Sequence record: DRR723986_4789
DNA length: 20,000 nt
Direction: 5' to 3' (one strand)
Below are positions 1 through 8,045 of the stretch, piece after piece. Within the stretch, counting starts at the first letter, position 1, and each line of letters opens with the position of its first letter. The translations under genes were made by a program, and so were the position numbers. The notes under the pieces were generated by a model. That model was not told the DNA's origin and did no database searches. It was given only the letters and a program-made list of their open reading frames with translations.

Positions 1-1482
1 TCCATGGACACACACCTTCTTGCCCCGCAGCAAAGCTTCGAACCCCGATAACGAAGAAAAAGTCTCGACGCCATCGACTGCCTCTATGAGGTCGATGATA
101 TTCGCATCTTCGGCAATTTCATCGGCGTATTCCAGCGCGGTTTCACGGGGCACCTTGCCTTTGCGCAAACCGGTCTCAACATCGGGATGTGGCTTGAAAA
201 CCAGAAACGCCTCGGGATGACGGGCACGGGCGAGGCGAAGCAAATCGAGATTCACGTTCGGTGTGTTGGCGCAATCGATTGTCGCAGATTTGGATTTTCT
301 GATTGCCGCATCGTCCGCAACCTGCCCCGGTACAAGGATCTTTTCCTTGTTGGCCGGATAGGCAAATGAACGCGTCTTGCCGAAATTGTATTTGGAGACC
401 CTGGCGCGGATGATCAGGTCGATCAAAGCTTCGCCCCGGTTCCGTTCTTCCGGTGAAAGCACGTACTCTTTCAGTAGCACCTCAAGCCGGCTGGGCCGAG
501 AGGGGTCGTAGTAGATGCCGAGGTCATCGACCGCAAGCATAGCCCCTCTTGCAAGGCCTGCACCAAGACCGACGGAGCGCAAGAAACCGTCTTCTATGCG
601 CGACAACTGAATCCCGTTTTGTATGCAGATTTGCTCGAACGCGGAATCGGTGCGCCCTGCCCAGGAATATATCCGCCCGCCGTCACTCCGTGCGGCTGAG
701 ACCGCGTCCTGTTGGGTTTCGTGAAACGTGACCGCCCCGCCTTTTCCGGAAAAGGTGGCGTTGATCGAAGGATGGTTCCAATACTGCGCGCCGTAACAAT
801 GGCCGGGCATGGCGTTGTCCTGCCACTGCTCCTGCATAAGCGAGTGGACCGCCAGCGCGTCACCGGGGTGCAGAAGATCACCTGTATAAGGTGAGAACCA
901 GGCAGTCCGGCAAGACAGTATCCAGTTCAACAGATCGTCGATGGCTATCTGCTCAAGAGCGGCCCTGTTTTTGAGCTCGGTCCAGAACAACGCTCCCTCT
1001 TGTCGGACTTCGTCTCCTGTCAAAAGCCTCTGAAGCGAAAGACCCTCGGCTCCGATGACCTCTGTTTCGCCCGCCGCAGAACTGGAGAGCAACTGCTCAC
1101 GCCAAGTGCCCGTAAAATCGCAAACCGACGCAATGTTCCGGCCATGTGTGACGGACTGCCGGATTAGCGTGTCACAAGCGACGCTCATCAAAGACCGTTC
1201 TTTCAGCTCTGTGCGGCTCACTGGCAAAAGAATTAAGCTGGAGGGCAGCCGCCGGGCTTGTGCAGGGGTAGGTCCTTCCAGGACCAGTAGAAGGCTACCT
1301 ATGGCAGGCTTCATTGTGCTGAACGCATTGGCGTTTTTCAGCCAAACTGCCTGATATGGACTGGTATCTGAACTCTCAAGGATCCCGCCCTCGATAGCCG
1401 CTTGAAGACGGGTTTCCAAAGGCCGAAGCTCCGGGTCGACAATCTTCAAGGCCGATTTATGCCCCTTCAGCCAACCGATCAC
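1..1482 (-). CDS. kpsC: KpsC/LpsZ-like capsular polysaccharide beta-Kdo transferase (GT107), 3' end beyond the left edge of the window
   Basis: Manual translation gives an open frame of 494 codons from GTG 1482 (GTGA overlap with the upstream stop) to base 1. It contains KpsC motifs RIEDGFLRSVGLGA, VDDLGIYYDPSRPSRLE, VSKYN, LVPGQVADD, FKPHPDV and SSLSGFEALLRGKKVCVHG. The start codon is inferred from the overlap. Confidence 0.9.
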   Translation of the reverse strand, partial: MIGWLKGHKSALKIVDPELRPLETRLQAAIEGGILESSDTSPYQAVWLKNANAFSTMKPAIGSLLLVLEGPTPAQARRLPSSLILLPVSRTELKERSLMSVACDTLIRQSVTHGRNIASVCDFTGTWREQLLSSSAAGETEVIGAEGLSLQRLLTGDEVRQEGALFWTELKNRAALEQIAIDDLLNWILSCRTAWFSPYTGDLLHPGDALAVHSLMQEQWQDNAMPGHCYGAQYWNHPSINATFSGKGGAVTFHETQQDAVSAARSDGGRIYSWAGRTDSAFEQICIQNGIQLSRIEDGFLRSVGLGAGLARGAMLAVDDLGIYYDPSRPSRLEVLLKEYVLSPEERNRGEALIDLIIRARVSKYNFGKTRSFAYPANKEKILVPGQVADDAAIRKSKSATIDCANTPNVNLDLLRLARARHPEAFLVFKPHPDVETGLRKGKVPRETALEYADEIAEDANIIDLIEAVDGVETFSSLSGFEALLRGKKVCVHG

Positions 1483-2801
1483 AACGGCACTCCGAGCGCA
1501 CGTGCCCTGGCGAGCCTGGGAGGAGGATCGACATAGGCTCCGAAGGCGTTCAAGTCTCTATTGGCAATCTTTTCGGCAATGTTTTTTGCCGCGACTGCGA
1601 CACCTTCCGAATTGTGAATCGCCCCCCGTACCTGCGTTGAAGCTGCCAGCGCTTGAACGTAAGTGAGAAGAAGGTCCCTATCCGGCTGCGCCGGATTATT
1701 CCAGAAACTCGCCAGATCACCCTGGTGGGTCAGGCCGGCAATATCGTAGTGGGCCGGCACCAGCGTCTTTACCGGCACGCCAGCTTGCAAGGCTTCCAGC
1801 CCAGCAGTGGAATTCAGCGTCACAACCCCGAGCGCCTTTTCGAACGGCTTCGCAAGGCCGCCGCCATCGAGAAAATGCACCCTGTGCTGCAAGCCGAAGC
1901 GGTCTGCAAGTTGATCTGCAACACCCGGCCAGTCTTCGAAGCCGACATCGAGAGGGTGGCTCTTCAGGACCAGGTGAACGTCGTCATCTGCCGCTTCTGC
2001 CAAGGAACGGAAAACGACCTCCAGAACCTCTTTAAAACTGCGGAATGGAGAATGTCTGCGCAACTGGAAATCTCCCTCCAGCTGCAATGGCAGCACGTAA
2101 TAGCGAACCGCCTTACCCTGCAATTCCGCAAGCTGGCGTTCTGCTGCCCTGTTCCTCCGCTTTTCCCTCAACAGCCTGACTGCTCCGCGCAGATATTCAG
2201 CGACCGGGGAATAGATCGTGTGCCGCTGATAGGTAGGATAGAGCGGCTTCAGGAAGACATTCGTCAGGTTATAAACCACGTCAGGCGCTGTCTGGAGCCA
2301 GAAGCTGGAGGGATAACGCGGGGTGAGATCCACCGGCCCCGCAGTCTCGGCTATCCGCCTTATCGCAGCCGGGTCGGAAGGAAAGTGACTGAGAGTGGAC
2401 AAACCGGTTCGCTCCAACGTCATCCAGCCGGGCCGCAACGCCCCGAGTTCTGTCACGGCAACATAAACGCCTAGCCGGACTGCCTTTTCGATTGCAAGGC
2501 GATGGTAAAGGCGCTGATCCCCATGAAGAACGAGATCTGTAATCTCGTGTTTGCGCAGATAGTCTTCTATGTAGGCCGGCCATTCGGATGGCAGCCCCTT
2601 GAAACTGACACAACCCTTTCCGTGCCAATGTAGCCAGTCACCAGCGCAAAAATTGATCCGGTGAACATCAAACCCGAGGGCTTTGAGGCAATCACCCGTT
2701 TGCTTGTAGAGCGGAGATAACGGTCCCTGCAGAAATAAGACCCGTCTTACGACGTTTGGGCGAGTTTCCGTTGCCACAGACGGCTCAACCGCGCCAGACA
2801 T
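1479..2801 (-). CDS. kpsS: KpsS-like capsule biosynthesis protein (beta-Kdo transferase family), copy 2, about 440 aa
   Basis: Motifs VLFLQGP, INFCAGDW, ELGALRPGWMTLE, LPLQLEGDFQLR, KSHPLD, TLNSTAGLEAL, YDIAGLT. Start moved to ATG 2801 (MSGAVEP, preceded by GGTGGA), leaving a 17-nt overlap with the upstream gene. Confidence 0.85.
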   Translation of the reverse strand: MSGAVEPSVATETRPNVVRRVLFLQGPLSPLYKQTGDCLKALGFDVHRINFCAGDWLHWHGKGCVSFKGLPSEWPAYIEDYLRKHEITDLVLHGDQRLYHRLAIEKAVRLGVYVAVTELGALRPGWMTLERTGLSTLSHFPSDPAAIRRIAETAGPVDLTPRYPSSFWLQTAPDVVYNLTNVFLKPLYPTYQRHTIYSPVAEYLRGAVRLLREKRRNRAAERQLAELQGKAVRYYVLPLQLEGDFQLRRHSPFRSFKEVLEVVFRSLAEAADDDVHLVLKSHPLDVGFEDWPGVADQLADRFGLQHRVHFLDGGGLAKPFEKALGVVTLNSTAGLEALQAGVPVKTLVPAHYDIAGLTHQGDLASFWNNPAQPDRDLLLTYVQALAASTQVRGAIHNSEGVAVAAKNIAEKIANRDLNAFGAYVDPPPRLARARALGVPL

Positions 2802-4134
2802 GTGTCCACCGTTCGGTTTTGCCACGCTGTTCCAGTTGTTCGGAGAAGGTCGTCGCGATCCCTCTCGCCTGCGCCTTTTGCAAACGAGGCGGAATTTCAC
2901 AGAAGGCTTGCGGCAAATTAACCGTGTCCGCAATCATCCGTTCCGCCATCATGTCGGCAGCGGCCTCTCTGCCTTCCTTGGTGTAGAAACATCCCTTGAC
3001 CTGAATGGACGCTGCAAGCAGCCGCTCAAGCGCATCCAGCAGATCCTGATCGGGCATCGTCGGGTTCCGCCAGAAATCATCAAGAGGGTTCTGGCAGGTC
3101 AGACCCGCGATATCATAAAGTGCGATGCCAAGAACCTTCGTGGGGCAATTCGCCCTGAGGGCATGCAGACCGGTGGTGCTGTTTATCGTCAATGAGCCTG
3201 CTGCGTGTTCCAAAAGCCGGTTCAGGTTGCCACCATCCACCAGAACCACACGTTTTTTGACCCGATATTTCTTGGCGAGCGTCCGCAGGATTCGCCCCCA
3301 AGGCTCCATGCCATTGTCCAGAGGGTGGACCTTGAAGACAAGGCGCGCCGCGGCAGGTGCGTTTTCTGCAAACGACTTGATGACCTCCTCCGCAGCATCC
3401 GCAATATGGTCGTACTGGGAGTTATAGCGCAGCTGATAGTCGCTCTGAAGCTGAAGGGGAAAGACGTAGTATGGCAGGCCAGTCGCAATAATGTCGTCAA
3501 TCACGTGGTGGGCGTGCCTGTTGCGGCTTTTGGCGAGCGAGAATCGCGGAATATTGCTCAGGTAGTCGATCAGCGGATGATAAAGCTTGTCACGGACATA
3601 CCTGGGATATGACAACGCGAAGATCACGTTGGACATATTGTAGGTTACCTCGTTCACCGCTTCGTTGATGAACGGGTACTTGTAGAGTGCCTGCCGGTCG
3701 ATATCCGGAAGGCTGCTGCCTACTTTCATGATGAGTTCCGGATCATCCGGAAACCGGGAGTGCGCGGACATTCCGCAATGCTCGAGCGTTATCCAGTCCG
3801 GACGCAGATAGCCATTCTCAAAGGTCAGACACGTTATGCCGAGTTCCGCCCCCACTTCCGCCGCTGCGACATGATAAGGCACACGATCCGCGTAATAGAC
3901 GATGTGGGTAATCTTCTGGTCGAGACAGTAGGCTCGAAGCCAGTTTGGCCAGTTTCGCAAGGAACCGCGATAGGATGTACATCTGCGGTCGTGCCAACCG
4001 ATCCAGTCGCCGGCACACAGGTTCACACGGCGTGTGGACGCCCCTGCTTTTTCAAGGCTGTCGGCAATGGTTCGCGCAAAAACGCCAGGCGGCCCTTGCA
4101 GAAACAGCACCACCATTGAACTGACTGAAACCAT
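2785..4134 (-). CDS. kpsS: KpsS-like capsule biosynthesis protein (beta-Kdo transferase family), copy 1
   Basis: Motifs VLFLQGP, VNLCAGDW, FENGYLRPDWITLE, FPLQLQSDYQLR, KVHPLD, TINSTTGLHAL, YDIAGLT. The start is uncertain (TTG 4146, ATG 4134 or ATG 4116). Confidence 0.87.
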   Translation of the reverse strand: MVSVSSMVVLFLQGPPGVFARTIADSLEKAGASTRRVNLCAGDWIGWHDRRCTSYRGSLRNWPNWLRAYCLDQKITHIVYYADRVPYHVAAAEVGAELGITCLTFENGYLRPDWITLEHCGMSAHSRFPDDPELIMKVGSSLPDIDRQALYKYPFINEAVNEVTYNMSNVIFALSYPRYVRDKLYHPLIDYLSNIPRFSLAKSRNRHAHHVIDDIIATGLPYYVFPLQLQSDYQLRYNSQYDHIADAAEEVIKSFAENAPAAARLVFKVHPLDNGMEPWGRILRTLAKKYRVKKRVVLVDGGNLNRLLEHAAGSLTINSTTGLHALRANCPTKVLGIALYDIAGLTCQNPLDDFWRNPTMPDQDLLDALERLLAASIQVKGCFYTKEGREAAADMMAERMIADTVNLPQAFCEIPPRLQKAQARGIATTFSEQLEQRGKTERWTHVWRG

Positions 4135-4207
4135 GCAATCTGCCAACCTACCGGCTTTAACGGCCCACCATGTTTATCTGAGCCGTTAAATCTTCGTACG
4201 GCAACTG

Positions 4208-5335
4208 TTAATCCGTGATGTTACTTACCACAGAGTAGTTGCTGATGAGCGGAGCGATGATTTGCAGGAATTTGCCAAGCTCAGCAGTCGGATGGTTCGA
4301 AACGAACAGGATATCCTTGTCCCGCATTTCGAATTTCTGCGACATGAAGAAACCCTTCGGATCGCGAAGGCTCAGTTTGTAGACAAGAGGAACGCTCTGA
4401 CCCGTCAGCTTGTCCGCAAGAAGAGGCTTGAGCTTTCGTACAAGCGCAGCATCTTCGAAGCGAAACAGGAACACACCGTTTGCGTCCGCGCGATCATCCC
4501 GCAAACCACCCACCGTCGCCAGGGCCTCGGCCATCGTGACGGTTTTCGTCTTGAACGGAACGAGCTGGTTGGCCTTGAGGGCACCGAAAGCAGAGAAAGT
4601 ACGCGGGCGATGCGACAGAAGAATGTTGTCGTTCGGCGCGATCAGAACGTTGTTTTCCGGATAGTCGATCAGATCTTCCAGACGCGTGGTACCGGCGCGG
4701 TTGCCGCGCTTCAGCGTAACTACGGTCTCATAGGTCGCGTCGCGCGCGCCACCTGCCTGCGCAACGAGGTCGAGCAGGCGAGTATTTCGCAGCGGTAGCG
4801 GATAAACGCCGGGTTTGGCGACATCGCCGACGACAACCGCGGTTGAGCTCAGTTTGTCTCTGAGGGAAATCAGAACCTGCGGCTCAACGGCCTTGCCAAC
4901 GAGTTTCTGCTGCACCGACTGGCGCAAGCCCTCAATGCTGAGGCCTGCTGCCCGTATACGCCCAGCGTACGGCACGAAGATATAGCCGCTCTCGTCAACA
5001 ACGGACGGAATGTTGCTCGACCCGCCACCGCCACTGCTGAACAGGCCGTCCGGCGACGCTTCCCAGATAGTGACATTCAGCGTGTCGCCAACGCCGAGGA
5101 GCGTTGAAGACCCGCCACTTCCAACTCCGTGGAACTGGTTGGCGAAAGCGAGTGGGCGGTAATTCTTGATGGTGTCAATGTTGGACGGCTCGACAACGAC
5201 GACGGTGTAATCACCCGTCTGCGCACTATTTTCGACATCTTGCGACGAAATATTTATCGCAGCCGGGCCCTCGCCCGGCAGGGCGGAGCACCCAAACAGA
5301 ACTCCGGCAGCCGCCAATACTGACAAAAAACGCAT
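4208..5335 (-). CDS. Polysaccharide export outer-membrane lipoprotein (OPX; Wza/BexD-like), about 375 aa
   Basis: ATG 5335 gives a signal peptide with lipobox MRFLSVLAAAGVLFG-C. Poly_export motif LGVGDTLNVTIWE...VDESGYIFVPYAGRIRAAG, SLBB-like VVGDVAKPGVYPL...LLDLVAQAGG, and C-terminal GVFLFRFE...FEMRDKDILFVSN. It heads the kpsS-kpsS-kpsC run. Confidence 0.9.
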   Translation of the reverse strand: MRFLSVLAAAGVLFGCSALPGEGPAAINISSQDVENSAQTGDYTVVVVEPSNIDTIKNYRPLAFANQFHGVGSGGSSTLLGVGDTLNVTIWEASPDGLFSSGGGGSSNIPSVVDESGYIFVPYAGRIRAAGLSIEGLRQSVQQKLVGKAVEPQVLISLRDKLSSTAVVVGDVAKPGVYPLPLRNTRLLDLVAQAGGARDATYETVVTLKRGNRAGTTRLEDLIDYPENNVLIAPNDNILLSHRPRTFSAFGALKANQLVPFKTKTVTMAEALATVGGLRDDRADANGVFLFRFEDAALVRKLKPLLADKLTGQSVPLVYKLSLRDPKGFFMSQKFEMRDKDILFVSNHPTAELGKFLQIIAPLISNYSVVSNITD

Positions 5336-5477
5336 TAGTACCCAATCCACCCAAATTGCTGCCAAGTCTGGTAACACCCTCTTGCAAGGTTGTCCAAGAC
5401 GCATCGCAGCTTTCCCCGGGAGAAACCTCCCAGCTGTGACTTTGCTGTAACACTACACCGTCTTTTCCTAGTGAATT

Positions 5478-5496
5478 GATAAATTTCCAATTTATC
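5478..5496. promoter_or_regulatory. Candidate operator: AT-rich inverted repeat in the divergent intergenic region
   Basis: GATAAATT-tcc-AATTTATC, perfect 8-bp arms, between the OPX gene (minus) and the AGE epimerase gene (plus). Confidence 0.4.
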
Positions 5497-5572
5497 GTCT
5501 TCTGTTCGGCATGTGAGCGTCGATAATCGAATTCAGCGTCAGAGCTTCCAACATCTGTCTTCGGGGTATCTT

Positions 5573-6757
5573 ATGACCGCCAGCAACCGGCATAACGACA
5601 CTAAAAACATTAAAATTCTCTCGTCAGAATTAACAATCTGGCTGCGGGATTCGGCCTTGCCGCTCTGGTCAACTGCCGGTATCGACCCGCAAACAAAAAC
5701 CAGTCTTGACGGTATCGACCTCAAAACTGGTGCCGGCCTTCCGGTCACGCGGCGCGCGCGGGTCGTGAGCAGGCAGATCTATTCCTTTCTGGAAGGCAAG
5801 AAGCTTGGGTGGACGGGACCAGCCGAGGAATTAGCGGCCGAACTTTATTGCTGGTACACGAGCACTTTCCTGATGCCGGACGGATACTACGCCTCTTGTG
5901 TTGACATGAATAACACCGTCACAGACACGAGTTTCGACCTCTACAATCAGTCTTTTTCCCTCTTTGGCTTCGCCAAGCTGGCAGCGGATCTTCCCGCCTG
6001 TAAAACCAGCGCAAGCGAACACGCCGACAAGCTGCTGGACCATCTGATGACGGCCTATCGTCATCCGGATGCAGGATTTCAAGAAGCCTCTCCCGCGAAG
6101 GCACCGCTTTGCTCCAATCCGCACATGCACATGTTCGAAGCGTGCCTCGCATGGGAAAAAGTCTCTTCGGATTCTGCCTGGGCGGACCTTGCCGATGAAA
6201 TCGCCGAACTTGCCCTGACGCGATTCATCGACCCGGTTTCAGGCGGGCTTCGAGAATTCTTCAACAGCGACTGGACCCCGTTTGATGGTGACAAGGGCCG
6301 TGTCATGGAGCCCGGTCACCAGTTCGAATGGGCGTGGCTCCTGACAAGATGGGGGCAATCGAGAATGGATGCGGGCGCCCTGATTGCTGCTCGGCGTCTC
6401 TACGACATTGCATGGACCTACGGCATAGACGAAAGCCGCGGTGTTGCCTTCATGGCCTTGAACGACGATTTTTCCGTCCGAGCCCCTATGGCACGCCTGT
6501 GGGGACAGACGGAATGGATCAAGGCCGCCGTCGCTCTGGCAGAAGTTTCAACAGGCGCGGAAAGGGATGCCTACCTGGCGGATATTCCGGAAGCCGTCCA
6601 GGCACTGAAAGTCTATTTTGCAGATGTCCCCGCCGGCTTGTGGCGAGACAAGCTCTCTCCAGACGGAACCTTTGTCGATGAACCCGCACCGGCAAGTTCG
6701 CTCTATCACATCGTTTGCGCCATCTCGGAACTTCACGATTTCGCAGAATCGCTTTGA
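5573..6757 (+). CDS. AGE (N-acylglucosamine 2-epimerase) family epimerase/isomerase, possibly a rhizobial-type mannose-6-phosphate isomerase
   Basis: Motifs SALPLW, RARVVSRQIYSF, FDLYNQSF, SNPHMHMFEA, EPGHQFEWAWLL, RLWGQTE and PASSLYHI, with the conserved His residues of the family. ATG 5573 is preferred over GTG 5513. Confidence 0.88.
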   Translation: MTASNRHNDTKNIKILSSELTIWLRDSALPLWSTAGIDPQTKTSLDGIDLKTGAGLPVTRRARVVSRQIYSFLEGKKLGWTGPAEELAAELYCWYTSTFLMPDGYYASCVDMNNTVTDTSFDLYNQSFSLFGFAKLAADLPACKTSASEHADKLLDHLMTAYRHPDAGFQEASPAKAPLCSNPHMHMFEACLAWEKVSSDSAWADLADEIAELALTRFIDPVSGGLREFFNSDWTPFDGDKGRVMEPGHQFEWAWLLTRWGQSRMDAGALIAARRLYDIAWTYGIDESRGVAFMALNDDFSVRAPMARLWGQTEWIKAAVALAEVSTGAERDAYLADIPEAVQALKVYFADVPAGLWRDKLSPDGTFVDEPAPASSLYHIVCAISELHDFAESL

Positions 6758-6893
6758 CCGGGTCGTCGGCGTCAAAAAGGCATGCATGGCGAAACCAGAG
6801 CAGTAAAAGACGCATTCGGCCTTTTTCATTTCGATACAGAGCTCTATAGCTTGTCGCCGGTTTAAGAAGACGTGCGACCAATGAGGAGGCCGA

Positions 6894-7805
6894 ATGCCCA
6901 AGGCTCAGATCATCAATGGCAAGGCTATCGCGGAAAGTGTCAGGCAAGAAATCACCAACCGGGCAGCCAAGCTGCTGGAAACCAGCGGCAAACGCCCCGG
7001 TCTGGCGGTCGTCCTGGTGGGTGAGGATCCTGCCAGCCAGGTCTACGTACGCAACAAGGACAGGGCCGCCGAAGCCTGCGGTTTTCACTCTGTGAAACAC
7101 ACGCTCGCTGCTGACACCAGCGAGGACGCTGTGCTGACACTTGTCGACCAGCTCAACAACGACCCAGATATTCACGGAATTCTGGTGCAGCTGCCTTTGC
7201 CTGGACATATCGACGAGAGCAAGGTGCTGCGCCTCATCCGCCCGGAAAAGGACGTCGACGGTTTCCATCCTGTCAATGTTGGACTGCTGACTGCCGGAGA
7301 ACGGGACAGTGCGCTGGTGCCCTGCACGCCTGCCGGTAGCCTGGTACTGTTGAAGCGCACACTCGGCGACACGCTTTCGGGTCTCAACGCAGTCGTGGTG
7401 GGCCGGTCCAACATCGTCGGCAAACCCATGGCGAGCCTTCTGCTTCAGGAAAGCTGCACTGTCACGATCGCTCACAGCCGCACCAGAGACCTGCCGGACG
7501 TCGTGCGTTCCGCAGACATCGTCGTCGCGGCGGTCGGTCGGCCGGAGATGATCAAGGGCGATTGGATCAAACCGGGCGCAACCGTTATCGATGTCGGCAT
7601 CAACCGAATCCCGGCTCCGGACCTGGGTGAAGGCAAGGCTCGCCTGGTTGGCGATGTGAACTTTGCAGAAGCAGCAGAGGTTGCAGGTGCCATAACACCG
7701 GTTCCCGGCGGCGTTGGTCCAATGACGATTGCCATGCTGATGGTCAACACCTTGACGGCTGCTCGCCGTCTGCTTGACCTCCCGGAGGAAAAAGCGCTTT
7801 TTTGA
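6894..7805 (+). CDS. folD: Bifunctional methylenetetrahydrofolate dehydrogenase/methenyltetrahydrofolate cyclohydrolase
   Basis: [74 protein letters not shown]; strong RBS GAGGAGG. Confidence 0.98.
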   Translation: MPKAQIINGKAIAESVRQEITNRAAKLLETSGKRPGLAVVLVGEDPASQVYVRNKDRAAEACGFHSVKHTLAADTSEDAVLTLVDQLNNDPDIHGILVQLPLPGHIDESKVLRLIRPEKDVDGFHPVNVGLLTAGERDSALVPCTPAGSLVLLKRTLGDTLSGLNAVVVGRSNIVGKPMASLLLQESCTVTIAHSRTRDLPDVVRSADIVVAAVGRPEMIKGDWIKPGATVIDVGINRIPAPDLGEGKARLVGDVNFAEAAEVAGAITPVPGGVGPMTIAMLMVNTLTAARRLLDLPEEKALF

Positions 7806-8045
7806 GTAATAACCGGCCGGCACGAAAGCGCGTGCAAGAATATTTTCGCGCGTTCTTGCGGCACATTCACTAAAGTCTTGTGCCACCTTCTCTCTTGAAC
7901 TCGTTCCGGCGCCATGGTCTATCGTGTTTGTATTCGCTTAACCATGGCCCTTTAAGGTGCGTAATGTAGGGGCTGCAAACGCAGATGGTTGAATTGCGCT
8001 GTTATCAGAGGCAATTCGGCTGACCAATTAAACAGGCGGCAGTGA

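Noticed and set aside
20..1354. Several short ORFs suggesting a non-coding or degraded region
   Set aside because: The region is fully occupied by an uninterrupted minus-strand kpsC-like frame that the track omitted, apparently because it runs off the window.
2802..2933. Arg-rich N-terminal extension of the second kpsS
   Set aside because: It lies inside the upstream kpsS coding region, and similarity to the paralogue starts only at VLFLQGP.
6758..6893. Folate- or ZMP-type riboswitch upstream of folD
   Set aside because: The gap is short and I see no recognisable aptamer motif or expression platform.
6519..7886. 455-aa minus-strand ORF
   Set aside because: Antisense shadow of folD and the AGE gene with no recognisable motifs; expected in GC-rich coding DNA.
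7815..7890. Sigma54 promoter-like GGCAC words upstream of tamA
   Set aside because: The required GC at the -12 position is absent or mis-spaced on both strands.
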